In this document: in pieces, positions 1 to 11,801 of the stretch
Position numbering within the stretch: the first letter of the stretch is position 1
Layout: each line of letters opens with the position of its first letter
Assembly: GCF_039654945.1 (NCBI RefSeq)
Contig: NW_027361696.1
Location: 84,196,001-84,260,000, forward strand
Direction of reading: 5' to 3'
Source: Dendrobates tinctorius
Taxonomy: Eukaryota
DNA: 64,000 nt
Notes under the pieces: generated by a model
The model's input: the letters and a program-made list of their open reading frames with translations, nothing else
Database searches by the model: none
Told to the model about the DNA's origin: nothing
Translations under genes and position numbers: made by a program

Positions 1-149
1 TGTGCAACAGACTTTTTCTTTCTAGGTAAAGAAAATTGCCTCCTAAGGAGATCAGACTTTTTTTCTCTTCAGATGGAGCAAGTGCCTCTTCACTTGTATT
101 TTGAGGGCATTTTACATGAAACAGCTTTTGATCATATTTTTTATATAGA

Positions 150-420
150 AAGTTAATCTAGTCCACCCTTAGTCGTCTCTTCTCACAGCTAAATAAATGT
201 AATTATAATAATCTTTTCTCATAACTATGATCATCCATGTACATTATCAGATGTGTGGCTCTTAGTATTATGTCCCTGTCCTGTGAGTCCATGAAAATAT
301 CCTGCTGCTCTTAGAAGCCGTTGATTGACACTGCACGCTGTTATTTAGTCTGTTATCTACCAATACACCCAGATCGTCCTTTACAAGTGACTCTCCTAGT
401 TGTTCTCCTCCTAAAATATA
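150..420 (-). mobile_element. Degenerate CR1-type LINE ORF2 fragment
   Basis: Minus strand translates to YEKRLL*LHLFSCEKRRLRVD*, resembling the CR1 motif YEERL..LGLFSLEKRRLRGDL. Confidence 0.6.
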
Positions 421-883
421 TTATGACCTCATATCTGCCGTGGGTCACAGAGGCTGCGTCCCCAGCTGGGCTGATCTGCGGTGACCTCAGCACCATGAGA
501 GAAAGTCACTGAGTTCACCGCAGATCTTGATGTTTGATCTGCAGTGAATTCACTGAGCTGAACTGCTGTGAACTCAGTGACTTTATCTCACGATGCTGAG
601 GTCTCTGCAGTTCAGCCCTGCTGGGAACGCAGCCTCAGTGACTGGAGGTAACCTCGATGACGTCATCGCTAGTTACTAATGCTGTGCTTGCAGCAGCTCA
701 GTCACCAGTGGTTCTCAGCCTGGACAGTCACATCTTGGCACCGTCCAGTTTGAAAACTATTTATCCCCAGACATGGATTACAGCGTGGGACAGAACGATG
801 GACAGGTGAGGGATATTGTTGTTTTTTTTATTTTTGTTTTATTACAGGAGAAAGAGGGCTTTGGTGGAATAGGCGTTAAGTGA

Positions 884-1049
884 GTATTATTATTATTATT
901 TATTATTATAGCGCCATTTATTCCATGGCGCTTTATATGTGAGGAGGGGTATACATAATAAAAACAAGTACAGTAATCTTAAACAATACAGGTCACGACG
1001 GGTACAGGAGGAGAGAGGACCCTGCCCACGAGGGCTCACAATCTACAAG
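884..1049 (-). mobile_element. L2-clade LINE/SINE 3' end with (TAA)n tail
   Basis: (TAT)n run, AGCGCCAT..ATGGCGCT stem-loop, and CCCTGCCC..GGGCTCACAATCTA motif typical of L2-type 3' ends. Confidence 0.55.
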
Positions 1050-2149
1050 TATAAATGTATGTGTTTAAATAAAAAAAGAAAACTGTTTTGTTTTATTTCT
1101 AATAAAAGACTTTATTCTGGCTGTGTCTTTATTTACAATATAGGATTAGTAATGGAAAGGTGTCTTCTAGATGCCTCTCCATTACTAATCCGTGGGCTTG
1201 ATGTCATCTGACAATACAAAGGCGACATGAACCCCACAAATATGAATCCCACTTGGCATTGCTACAGGGCAAGTGGAAGGAACCGGACAAAGCGCCAGAA
1301 TAGGCACAACTGATAGATGTGCCTTTTGTAGGCAGCTACGGGCTGCTATTTTTAAGCTGGGGGGATGGGGCAAAATTCATGGCCCCTTAAAAGCCTGAGA
1401 ATACCAGCCCCCAGCTGCCTGCTTTAGCAAGGCTGGTTGTCAAAAATTGGGGGACCCCACATAGTTTTTCTAGATTATTTAACTAAATAATAAAAAATAA
1501 AAAAACAGTGTGGGGACTCCTCTATTCTTGATAACTAGACTTGCTAACACTGGCAGCTGTGGTTTGCAGCCTGCAGATGTCAGTTATGCCTGGCCTGTTA
1601 TCAAAAATACAGGGGAACCCACTTTTTAAATTTATTTATAGTGTACTATCGTCCTTCCCTTTAACCCCTTCATGACCCAGCCTATTTTGACCTTAATGAC
1701 CTGGCCATTTTTTGCAATTCTGACCAGTGTCCCTTTATGAGGTAATAACTCTGGAACGCTTCAACGCATCTTAGCGATTCTGAGATTGTTTTTTCGTGAC
1801 ATATTGGGCTTCATGTTAGTGGTAAACTTAGGTTGATAATTTTTGCGTTTATTTGTGAAAAAAACAGATATTTGGCGAAAATTTTGAAAATTTCGCAATT
1901 TTCAAATTTTGAATTTTTATTCTGTTAAACCAGAGAGTGATGTGACACAAAATAGTTACTAAATAACATTTCCCACATGTCTACTTTACATCAGCACAAT
2001 TTTGGAAACAATTTTTTTTTTTTGTTAGGAAGTTATAAGGGTTAAAAGTTGACCAGCGATTTCTCATTTTTACAACAATATTTACAAAACCATTTTTTTT
2101 AGGGACCACCTCACATTTGAAGTCACTTTGAGGGGTCTGTATGGCAGAA

Positions 2150-4860
2150 AATACCCAAAAGTGACACCATTCTAAAAACTGCACCCCTCAAGCTACTCAA
2201 AACTACATTCTAGGAGATTATTAACCCTTGAGGTGCTTCACAGGAACTAAAGCAACGTGGAAGGAAAAAATGGACATTTTATTTTTTGCACCACAAATTT
2301 TCTTTTATCATTAATTTTTTTCATTTTCACATGGGCTACAGGATAAAATTGATCCTAAAATTTGTTGGGCAATTTCTCCTGAGTACACCGATACCTCATA
2401 TGTGGTCATAAACCACTGTTTGGGCGCACGGCAGGGCTCGGAAGGGAAGGAGCACATTTGACTTTTTGAATGGAAAATATGCTGGAATATTTAGCGCTTG
2501 CCATGTCGCGTTTGGAGAGTCGCTGTGCGCCTAAGCACTGGAGCTTCCCCACAAGTGACCCCATTTTGGAAACTAGACCCCCCAAGAAACTTATCTAGAT
2601 GCATAGTGATCACTTTGAACCCCCAGGTGCATCACAAATTGATCTGTAAAAAAAAAAAAAAGTACTTTTTTTTTTTTTCACAAAAAATATCTTTTAGCCT
2701 CAGTTTTTTAATTTTTATGTGGGCAACAGGATAAAATGGATCCTAAAATTTGTTGGACAATTTCTCCTGAGTACTCCAATGCCTCATATGTGGTCATAAA
2801 CCACTGTTTGGGCGCACGGCAGGGCCCAGAAGGGAAGGAGCACCATTTGACTTTTTGAATGGAAAATTCGCTCCAATCGTTATCGGACACCATGTCGCGT
2901 TTGGAGAGCACCTGTGTGCCTAAACATTGGAGCTCCCCCACAAGTGACACCATTTTGGAAACTAGACCCCTTAAGGAACTTATCTAGATGTGTAGGGAGC
3001 ACTTTGAACCCCCAAGTGCTTCACAAAAGTTTATAACGCAGAGCAGTGAAAATAAAAAATCATTTTTTTTCCTCAAAAATGATTATTTAGCACGCTATTT
3101 TTTATTTTCACAAGGGTAACAGGAGAAATTGGACCACAAAATTTGTTGTCCAGTTTGTCCTGAGTACGCTGGTACCCCATATGTGGGGGGGAACCACTGT
3201 TTGGGCGCACGGCAGGGCTCAGAAGGGAAGGAGTGCCATTTGACTTTTTGAAATGAAAATTAGCTCCAATCGTTAGCGGACACCATGTCGTGTTTGGAGA
3301 GCCCCTGTGTGCCTAAACTTTGGAGCTCCCCCACAAATGACCCCATTATGGATACTAGACCCCCTAAGGAACTTATCTAGATGCATAGTGAGCACTTTGA
3401 ACCCCCAGGTGCTTCACAGAAGTTTATAACGTAGAGCCGTGAAAATAAAAAATATTTTTTTTTCTTAAAAATTTTCACAGGGGTACCAGGATAAATTGGA
3501 CCCCAAAAGTTGTTGTACAGTTAGTCCTGAGTACACTGGTACCCCATATGTGGGGGGGGACCACTGTTTGGGCACACGTCGGGGCTCAGCAGGGAGGTAG
3601 TGACATTTTGAAATGCTGACTTTGATGGCATGGTCTGAGGTGTCATGTTACATTTGCAGAGCCCCTGTGTGCCTAAACAGTAGAAACCCCCCGCATGTGA
3701 CCTCATTTTAGAAACTAGACCCCCCAAGGAACTTATCTAGATGTGTGGTGAGCACCTTGAACCCCCAAGTGCTTCACAGAAGATTATAACGCAGAGCCAT
3801 GAAAATAAAAAAAATTTTTTCCTCAAAAAATGATTTTTTAGCTTGCAATTTTTTATTTTCACAAGGGTAACAGGAGAAATTGGACCCCGAAAGTTGTTGT
3901 ACAGTTTGTCCTGAGTACGCTGATACCCCATATGTGGGGGGGAAACCACTGTATGGGCACACGTCAGGGCTCAGAAGGGAAGTAGTGACATTTTGAAATC
4001 CTGACTTTGATGGCATGGTCTGCGGGCGTCATGTTACATTTGCAGAGCCCTTGATGTACCTAAACTGTGGAAACCCCCCACAAGTGACCCCATTTTGGAA
4101 ACTAGACCCCATAAGGAAGTTGCCTAGATGTGTAGTGAGCACACTGAACCCCCAAGTGCTTCACAGAAGATTATAACGCAGAGCCATGAAAATAAAAAAA
4201 TAATTTTTTTTTCCTCAAAAAATGATTTTTTAGCTCGCAATTTTTTATTTTCACAAGGGTAACAGGAGAAATTGGACCCCAAAAGTTGTTGTCCAGTTTG
4301 TCCTGAGTACGCTGATACCCCATATGTGGGAGGGAACCATTGTTTGGGCACACGTCAGGGCTCGGAATGGAAGTAGTGACGTTTTGAAATGCAGACTTTG
4401 ATGGAATAGTCTGCGGTCATCATTACGTTTGCAGAGCCCCTGATGTGCCTAAACAGTGGAAACCCCCCACAAGTGACCCCATTTTGGAAACTAGACCTTC
4501 CAAGGAACGTATGTAAGATGTGTTGTGAGCACTTTGAACCCCCAAGTGCTTCACAGAAGTTTATAATGCAGAGACGTGAAAATGAAAAAATCATTTTTTT
4601 CCACAAAAATAATTTTTTAGCCCCCAATTTTTTATTTTCCCAAGGGTAACACGAGAAATTAGTCCCCAAAAGTTGTTGTGCAATTTTTCCTGAGTACGCT
4701 GATACCCCATATGTTGGGGTAAACCACTGTTTGGGCACATGTCAGGGCTTGAAAGGGAAGGAGCACCAATTGACTTTTTGAACGCAAAATTGGCTGGAAA
4801 TAATGGTTGCACCATGTCGCGTTTGGAGACCCCCTGATGTGCCTAAACAGTGGAAACCCC
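2150..4860. repeat. About 7 tandem copies of a 360-390-bp unit inside the piggyBac-type element
   Basis: GAAACTAGACC-like motif recurs at about 2570, 2958, 3351, 3711, 4098 and 4487. Confidence 0.9.
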
Positions 4861-4865
4861 TCAAT

Positions 4866-5228
4866 TCTAACTCCAACCCTAACCCCAACACACCCCTAAC
4901 TACAGCCCTAACCCTAACACATCCCTAACCACAAGCCTAACCCTAATTCCAACGCTAACCCTAATTCCAACCCTAACCCTAATTCTAACCCCTAATTCCA
5001 ACCCTAACCCTAATTCCAAACCTAACCCTAATTCAACCCTAACCCTCTTTCCAACCCTAACCCTCTTTCCAACCCTAACCCTCTTTCCAATCCTAACCCT
5101 CTTTCCAACCCTAACCCTCTTTCCAACCCTAACCCTCTTTTCAACCCTAACCCTAACCCTCTTTTCAACCCTAACCCTAACCCTCTTTTCAACCCTAACC
5201 CTAACCCTCTTTTCAACCCTAACCCTAA
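4866..5228. repeat. Degenerate telomere-like (CCCTAA)n tract
   Basis: AACCCT/CCCTAA hexamers interspersed with TTCCAA and CTCTTT variants. Confidence 0.9.
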
Positions 5229-8208
5229 TGGAAAAATAAGAATATTTTCTTTACTTTATTAGTTGTGCCTACCTATGGGGGTGATAATCAGGGGGTTTAT
5301 TTACTTTTTCTTTCATTTTGATCACTGTGAGAGTGATCAAAATGAAAGAATTGAATCTGCAGCCGGCAGATTCGGGCGGGCGCACTGCGCATGCGCCCGC
5401 CATTTTCCAAAATGGCGGCGCCCATGAACCGGACCCGCCGGACACCGGGAGCGACAGGGGGACTTAGAAGGTGCCGGGGGAGGTGAGAGGGGGTGAGGGG
5501 GTTATCGAAAGCTGGCGGGGAGCAGAGGGAATGGGAGGGGGGCAGATGATGACAGCGGCGGCAGATCGCCGCTGTCATTCAGTTGCGGGGGGGGGCGATC
5601 GCCGGTGGGGGGGGGGTGGAATCGGTGTCTCCAGCCATGTCCGATGCTACTGCAGCATTGGCCATGGCTGGATTGTAATATTTCATCAATTTTCATTGAT
5701 GAAACATTACTATCGCTCTGATTGGCTGTTTCACTTTTAACAGCCAATCAGAGCGATCGTAGCCACGTGGGGGCGAAACCACGCCCCCTGTGGCGAAGAA
5801 CAAAGCCCCCTGTATCTGCGGGTCGGGTGACCTTTCAGTGACCTAGGTCACCCGACCCGCAGGGGGGCTTTAAAGTCATGACGCAACATAGGCGTCATGG
5901 GTCGTTCTGGCATGACTTTTCATGACGCCTACGTGGCGTCAAAGGTCGTGAAGGGGTTAATAAGGATTCTTAAGTCACAGGGCCCTCAGGGTCTTATTTC
6001 TGCTTTGTATACACATATGTTGTCCGTGGGCACCGATTCAGTTTCACTGACAATAAGAGGGAAATGGAAATCTCTCATCTCTGACATTCAAGATGAGGAT
6101 TGGGAAGAGATTCTTGAATCTCCAACCAAGGTGTCTCCGTCGGCTAATAACAGGATGACTCAACTATACATAGTGCACCAGTCTTAACTGACTCTGTTGC
6201 GATTATTTAGAATGGGATGATCTCAATCTTCAGACTGCCCAAGATGTCATACAATTGATGCAGATTTTATACATATGGTGTTAGGGTGCCCAATTATCCT
6301 ATCCTTCTGGAAAGAGTTAACTTCGTTGTTGACCTCTGTTATATGCACTCCAGTTCCTCTTAACCCGTTGGTGTATTTGTTTGGTGTGCTAGAGGAAGAG
6401 ATTTGGGGGCACCATGCTAAAATTTTCCTAAGTGAGACACTTTTCTTAGCCAGGAAAATATTGGCCTTGCTTTGGATGGGTAATGCACATCCATCTCTTA
6501 GAGCTTGGATTGAGTTGGTGAATTCAGTTATACCGTACGAGCGGACACTGTATCAAATAGGGGTTGCCTGGGAAAGTTTAATAAGATTTGTGATGTATGG
6601 AAAATATCTCACCTTACTATATCACCATGTAGACAATAGTTTGATACCATCATAATGGCTGTAGTGAAGAATACATTGACTCACACTTTTCTAATTTCAT
6701 AATATCATTAGCATTGTGGAGGTTGTTTATGGCGGCAAGATAGTAGTAGTTTTAGTTTTATGATCGATATGTTGAATGTAATGTATCACTCTGAACTATG
6801 CATAACCAAACATATAGAATAACGAATAATGAACCTTTTTTTTCTTTTCTTTTTAATTACACCTCAATTGTCCATAGGCCTTGCAAGGGAGTGAGGATCT
6901 GTGGGATTGAAGTCTGTACAAATAGCTCATTATGCAAGCTTGTTGTTTTACCATAATGAACCTGTATACATTACATTGGTTATGCACCAAATATGTCTGT
7001 TTGTTTGTTGCTCTTTAATAAACGAATTTAAAAAAAAAAAAATTTATAGTGCAGGCGGCGATTGATGAATACTCCCATCAGCCGCCTACTGTCACTGTTA
7101 TTAGCGGAAGCAGGTGTAAGCTGATAACAGTAGGAGTAGTAGTCCCATCAGCCACTGCCTGTTCTCGCTCTTATCTGTGGCATATAACTCTCAACATTCT
7201 CCCCTAGGGGCTCGTGCTGATTGCCGGCAGAGCAGGGGAGAATGATGAGAGTGGTCTTCAGCACCCGACGCTGGGGAACAGCGCTAACTGTACCACTGCT
7301 TCCCAAGCACCGATACGTGTAGTACGGATTCGGCACACGCGGTTGCCACAAGTATGACACACACGGACACTGATATCTCCAGTACTGTTATTTCCGGGAC
7401 CGGAAATATCAGGACGTGTGAAACCGGCCTAAGTCGGCTTGTAACTTATGATCAGCTTCCATAGACTGCACTATAATACATTGCTTGGTGTCACCTGCCA
7501 AAATAGAAATAAGACTATTAACCCCATCTTGTAGATCATTAATAAATAGTAGACCCAGCACTGAACTGTGGGGTCACCACTTATAACCAGGAACCAATCA
7601 GAGTGGAAGTCATTCACCACAACTCTCCTGAGTGCGATCTTTGAGACAGTTTTCAATCTATTTACTAACTTTACTTTCTAAAATGTTATTTAGCTTCGTT
7701 TTGACCATATCTATGTTTAACCAACAGCGTATATTAGCTGATGTATTAAAAGTAGTGGTACTGATCATATCCGCCACTTGCTCATTTGGCATATACATAG
7801 CTGAAGAACACATTTAGTAATCCATCCTTCTCCAGATCCTTAGAGACGAACTGAGCTTCACAAAAATGCCAAGACGGTAGCAACCGTCATAGTAATCTAT
7901 CAGCTGGTAACTCGTCAGACACAAACCGGCAATGAAGTCAAGCTCAGCTCAACACAACAGCTTTTCCGTATGTGAACTTGCAGTTATGGTGAAGGAGATT
8001 CCGGTATGAAAATGCATGCATGGAACTCCAGAACTTGGGGGAGACAGCTAAGCATATCTTTAGGTCAGGTGCCTTCAGGAAAAATCTGTATTTTAAGTTT
8101 ATTGCCCAGACGTTGACTTTAAGAGCTCATGATAAAATCATCAGTTGCTTTTCATCAGAAGATCATAGGTGTACTGTCCACAAAGCAAAACACAAATACA
8201 GGACTTGC

Positions 8209-8351
8209 CTCCATTCTCATTGATCCAGTACATGAAGAAGTTCATGGTGCCAGCTTCAGTCACTTGGTGGTCATTACCGTATAGCCAAAGAACTTGCTGA
8301 CATCCTTCCTTTGCTGCTGCATGTTGCACATAAATTGTGGGCCCATAGTTT
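8209..8351 (-). CDS. BCAT2: BCAT2 exon ([47 protein letters not shown]), ending at a GC donor
   Basis: NYGP, QVLWLYG and TE.GTMN motifs. catag| acceptor after a 101-bp intron, 143 nt, donor GAG|GCAAGT. Confidence 0.95.
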
Positions 8352-8452
8352 CTATGCGGAGGAAATATGAAAATATTGCAGAGAAAAATGAAAAAACAAA
8401 AAACGTATGACTGGTTGCAGACATGAAAACTATGGTGGAAACTTTTACTTAC

Positions 8453-8616
8453 CCACCCAGTTTATAGTTCCCTACTCCCCCCGTCCAGGCACGCACATAT
8501 TTTGGATCTGCCAAAAGTGAAACTGGGGTAAATCCCCCTGTTGGGAAGTAAGGTCCTACAGGTCCAAGAATGATATATAGTAAGGCATGGTTGGACTTTG
8601 TGACTCCAAGAGAGGG
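8453..8616 (-). CDS. BCAT2: BCAT2 exon containing the PLP-binding lysine (PSLGV...[38 protein letters not shown])
   Basis: [13 protein letters not shown] is the catalytic motif of class IV aminotransferases. ttacag| acceptor, GG|GTAAGT donor, 164 nt. Confidence 0.97.
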
Positions 8617-9180
8617 CTGTAAAAAGAGAGCAGATTCGGAAATTTGGTTTTGATGGTTATTCTATACCTATATCATTACTTCTAATGACTTTTTTTTAAT
8701 GATTTTTTTTTACTATTCACTTGCTTCAATAGTCTCCATGGGAGACTTGAAGCTGTGATCATTCAATCACCTGTGCTTCAGGCCTGCTATGTGTGGTAAA
8801 ATGATTATCTGCTATGAACGTCGGCCACGGGGCAGCGCTCACAGCAGATCTGCAATAACAAACACAAGGATCTCCTGCAGACCCTGAGTTGTGATGCCAA
8901 CCCGTCTGTGTCCCACAGTCGTGCTTGGCAGGCGGGATTAGTGATGCACTTCCGGCATGGCCATGTTAATTGACGCTGATGGGAGATTGACAGCGGCATT
9001 TAACGTTAACAGCCCCGTGTGGATTACGATTCCACCTTCGGTTGTTAGGGGCACAAGTCAACTGATCAAATCAGTTGACATGTGCCGGAAAACATACAGG
9101 CTCAGCACCGGAGCCTGTATGGAATGCAGGGATACGACCTATGACGTGTATATATAAGACATAGATCGAGAAGACGTTAA

Positions 9181-9581
9181 AGGGGTTATCCGGGACTATT
9201 GTGGCTGGTGCCAATCACAGCCAACACAGAGCGGTCATGGCAGCTCCCGCCAGCGATTTAGCGACTGGCGTTACGTCGACAGGACACCTGCATGTTTTCC
9301 ACTCTGCTCTGTTGATAGAACATCACTGCCGACGTCATGCTGATTGACAGCTGGACTCTATTGCCCAACTGCGGGGATCTGGCTGACAATAAGAATGACG
9401 TTCACACCCCCATTAACAGAGCAGCTCCGAAGAGGAAGAGCAGCTCTGTTGTCGTTGGGCAGCTGAATTACAGGCAGGCAGGAGCGGTCAATGACACACC
9501 AGCAGTGGCGGTTAGAACCTACCTGCCTGTTAGATTTTAGTTCCATAGTAAAAAAATAAATAAAAGACCCAGATAAATCTT
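9181..9581. mobile_element. Kolobok/T2-type MITE
   Basis: TTAA-AGGGGTTATCCGGGA start, a degenerate inverted end before TTAA at about 9582, and internal inverted segments. Confidence 0.5.
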
Positions 9582-9938
9582 TTAATAGACATGAGTGTGA
9601 CCGCCCGTTAACCCCTTATGAGTTTTACATCATCCATGAACATTAATAATAGACAAGTTGTTGATTATATAACAATTACAAATATTTTCAACTCCCCAAA
9701 CAGTCATCACAATGAACGATAGAATAAAATATAACAAAAAGCAAAATACATTAAAAATACTCGATTGCACGCCATTCACAAATCATTATCCATACAACCC
9801 ACACTGTAGTGAATAAAAAGGGGATGTCAACCTCACGACTACAAATTGCTCTTGCTAGTCATGTCATCCACTGCAATCATTTGATGTGATGGCCACAATA
9901 TAAAAAACAAGAGTAGGATAGTGAAAGCCACAAGATAC

Positions 9939-10058
9939 CTCTGTGCCAATAAAGGTGGGGCGAATATAGAGACTCGCAGAGGTAGATTTAGGAACCCATT
10001 CTCTGTCGATGTCAATAAGTCTTCTCAGGCACTCCAAGAGCTCTGCCTTGTCAAAAGC
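9939..10058 (-). CDS. BCAT2: BCAT2 exon ([40 protein letters not shown])
   Basis: Hand translation gives the WVP...SLYIRP.FIG motif. cttcag| acceptor, GAG|GTATCT donor, 120 nt. Not in the ORF track. Confidence 0.96.
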
Positions 10059-10279
10059 CTGAAGAAAAGAAAATCAGAAAATATAATAATATATTTACCC
10101 CATTATATATTACCCCATGCACAATTATCTCACCCATCACTGGATTATACATGCTTTTATTGAGCAGTTGTCATGCATTACAGGATATTTTGTATATTAC
10201 AGCAAGATGGAAGAGGAATCCATTGAGATGGCAACCCTGCGGTGAGGGCTCATTGTCTCACCAAAGTCAAGTTTAGTGT

Positions 10280-10640
10280 GCACAGCGATAATCAGAAAAA
10301 TGGAAGAATATTCAGCACATCCATCTTGTGAGAATTCATAAAACTTTATTTATTTAGTACATTAAAAGCAGAGGATCAGGAAAGGAATGAAAACTGATAC
10401 ATTCCTGGTGAGCTCAGCACAGTACTATGACTAAGGGTGTCAAGCGCACCAGAAGCGCGTCAGGTTTTTAATTGCTTTCCTGATCCTCTTTGTTTAAATA
10501 GGACTAAAAGTTTTATTAATTCTAATCGGATGGATGTGCGAATATTCTTCCATTTTTCTGATTACCGCTGTGCTCAAGCACTCTCTGGTTTCAACTATCC
10601 CTTCCTTCTCCTATGATCAGCAGGCGTGGGGGAACTTCTC
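10280..10640 (+). mobile_element. Penelope-like inverted-repeat remnant with a degenerate hammerhead core
   Basis: Arms at about 10280-10395 and 10463-10573 are inverted copies. The spacer reads TGACTAAG-GGTG-loop-CACC-AGAA-GCGCG-TC. Confidence 0.55.
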
Positions 10641-11801
10641 CTTTTCTCCTTCGCCTCATTGTAGGACATAGGACTGTGGGTGTATGCTACTGCCGCCAGG
10701 AGATTGACACTAAGTAAATTAAAAAAAAGGTTAGCTCCTCCTCCGCAGTATACACCCTCGCCTCCGATTCCAGGCGAAACCAGTTCATGCTTAGTGTCCT
10801 AGGAGGCACACATGTCTGGTCTTTTTCCCAGACTGTTTTCATTTTTTCCATGAAGATGAGACAGGGACGACGGACCCTATTGAAAGGGTCCGATCTCCCC
10901 AAACCAACAACGGGCGAGCACGTGGAGTGTCGCCTCCACGTATCCTCTCCCGCAACGTGGGACATGATGCCGGAGTCAGCCCTGACCACCATAAAGGTAT
11001 TGAAACCCTAGGCTGTACATAGGCACAGGTACAGTCCGTGCGGCCCCCACTGCACCACCAATGCAAAGACTGCGGTGGTGGAAGGAGGCGGACGGTCCAT
11101 CTCCTAGTTTCTTGGAGGGAAGATGGAGTTAGGGTGCATGCACCGTCCTTGATTTTTAATGCAGCCCCCCTTCCCCCCCTAACCTGAAGATCAGCTGGAG
11201 CTCCAGGGGTGAGGCGCGGAAGGAGGTGGGCTGGGAGGGCTCCTGTAGACCCCCGGGCAGTCGGCATAGCCGGTGGCCCCATTTTTTCTGCCCACATCCC
11301 CGGGCTCCCGCACGAGTACGGGCGCCAACATGCGCTCCCACAGCTGTGGCGGTCGGCAGCGCCATTCCTGCTCAGGCCCCTGCTTCTGGCCGTCCCACCC
11401 CCGTGTCCGGGCGGGCGCCAAAAATTTAGTTCCCGGCTTTTGCCGGCACTAGGCCGCGGGCGGAAGTCCTGCCCCCGCGAAGCGTCTACTTCCGATGGAC
11501 CCGCCCCCAGGGCCTCGGGCGGGCGTCGAAAATTTAGTCCCTGGCTTCAGCCAGTGCTAGGCCACGGACAGAAGCTCCGCCCCCATGACGCCACCGGCGT
11601 TCGCCTCTTCCGGGAAGCCCGCCCACACGCTGATGCGCACTCTTTTGAAAAGGGAGCAGCTGGACGCCTATGGGGATACAGGACAGGGGACACAGGACTG
11701 GGGTAAGTGCTACCCCCGAAGGAGGAAGGCCACGCTCTGTTTTTGCCAGAGTCTAAGCGTTTTTGCACCCCCCCCCCAGGCATATCACCTAGCAGTGCCA
11801 C

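Larger units (their letters stand above)
1665..5956. mobile_element. piggyBac-type non-autonomous DNA transposon, 4.3 kb
   Basis: TTAA TSD at 1661-1664 and 5957-5960. TIRs CCCCTTCATGACC and GGTCGTGAAGGGG. No transposase. Confidence 0.85.
1644..7041 (+). mobile_element. 5'-truncated L1/Tx1-type LINE (1644-1664 plus 5961-7041), interrupted by a piggyBac-type element
   Basis: ORF2 C-terminal remnant with CPRC...H...C zinc knuckle (6236-6290) and stop codons. AATAAA plus poly(A) at about 7017-7042. 10-bp TSD ATTTATAGTG at 1634-1643 and 7042-7051. Confidence 0.8.
425..7429. mobile_element. Harbinger/PIF-type non-autonomous element acting as host for nested insertions (pieces ~425-1643 and 7042-7429)
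   Basis: Right end GTGTGAAACCGGCC followed by TAA. Sequence is continuous across the L1 TSD. The left end was not identified. Confidence 0.5.

Noticed and set aside
5028-5216. GLGLER repeat ORF
   Set aside because: Translation of the telomere-like tract.
7430-8200. Next BCAT2 exon (expected ELVTPPL..ILPGV)
   Set aside because: No matching translation was found by eye here or elsewhere in 1-8200. It probably lies left of the window, but a TBLASTN check is needed.
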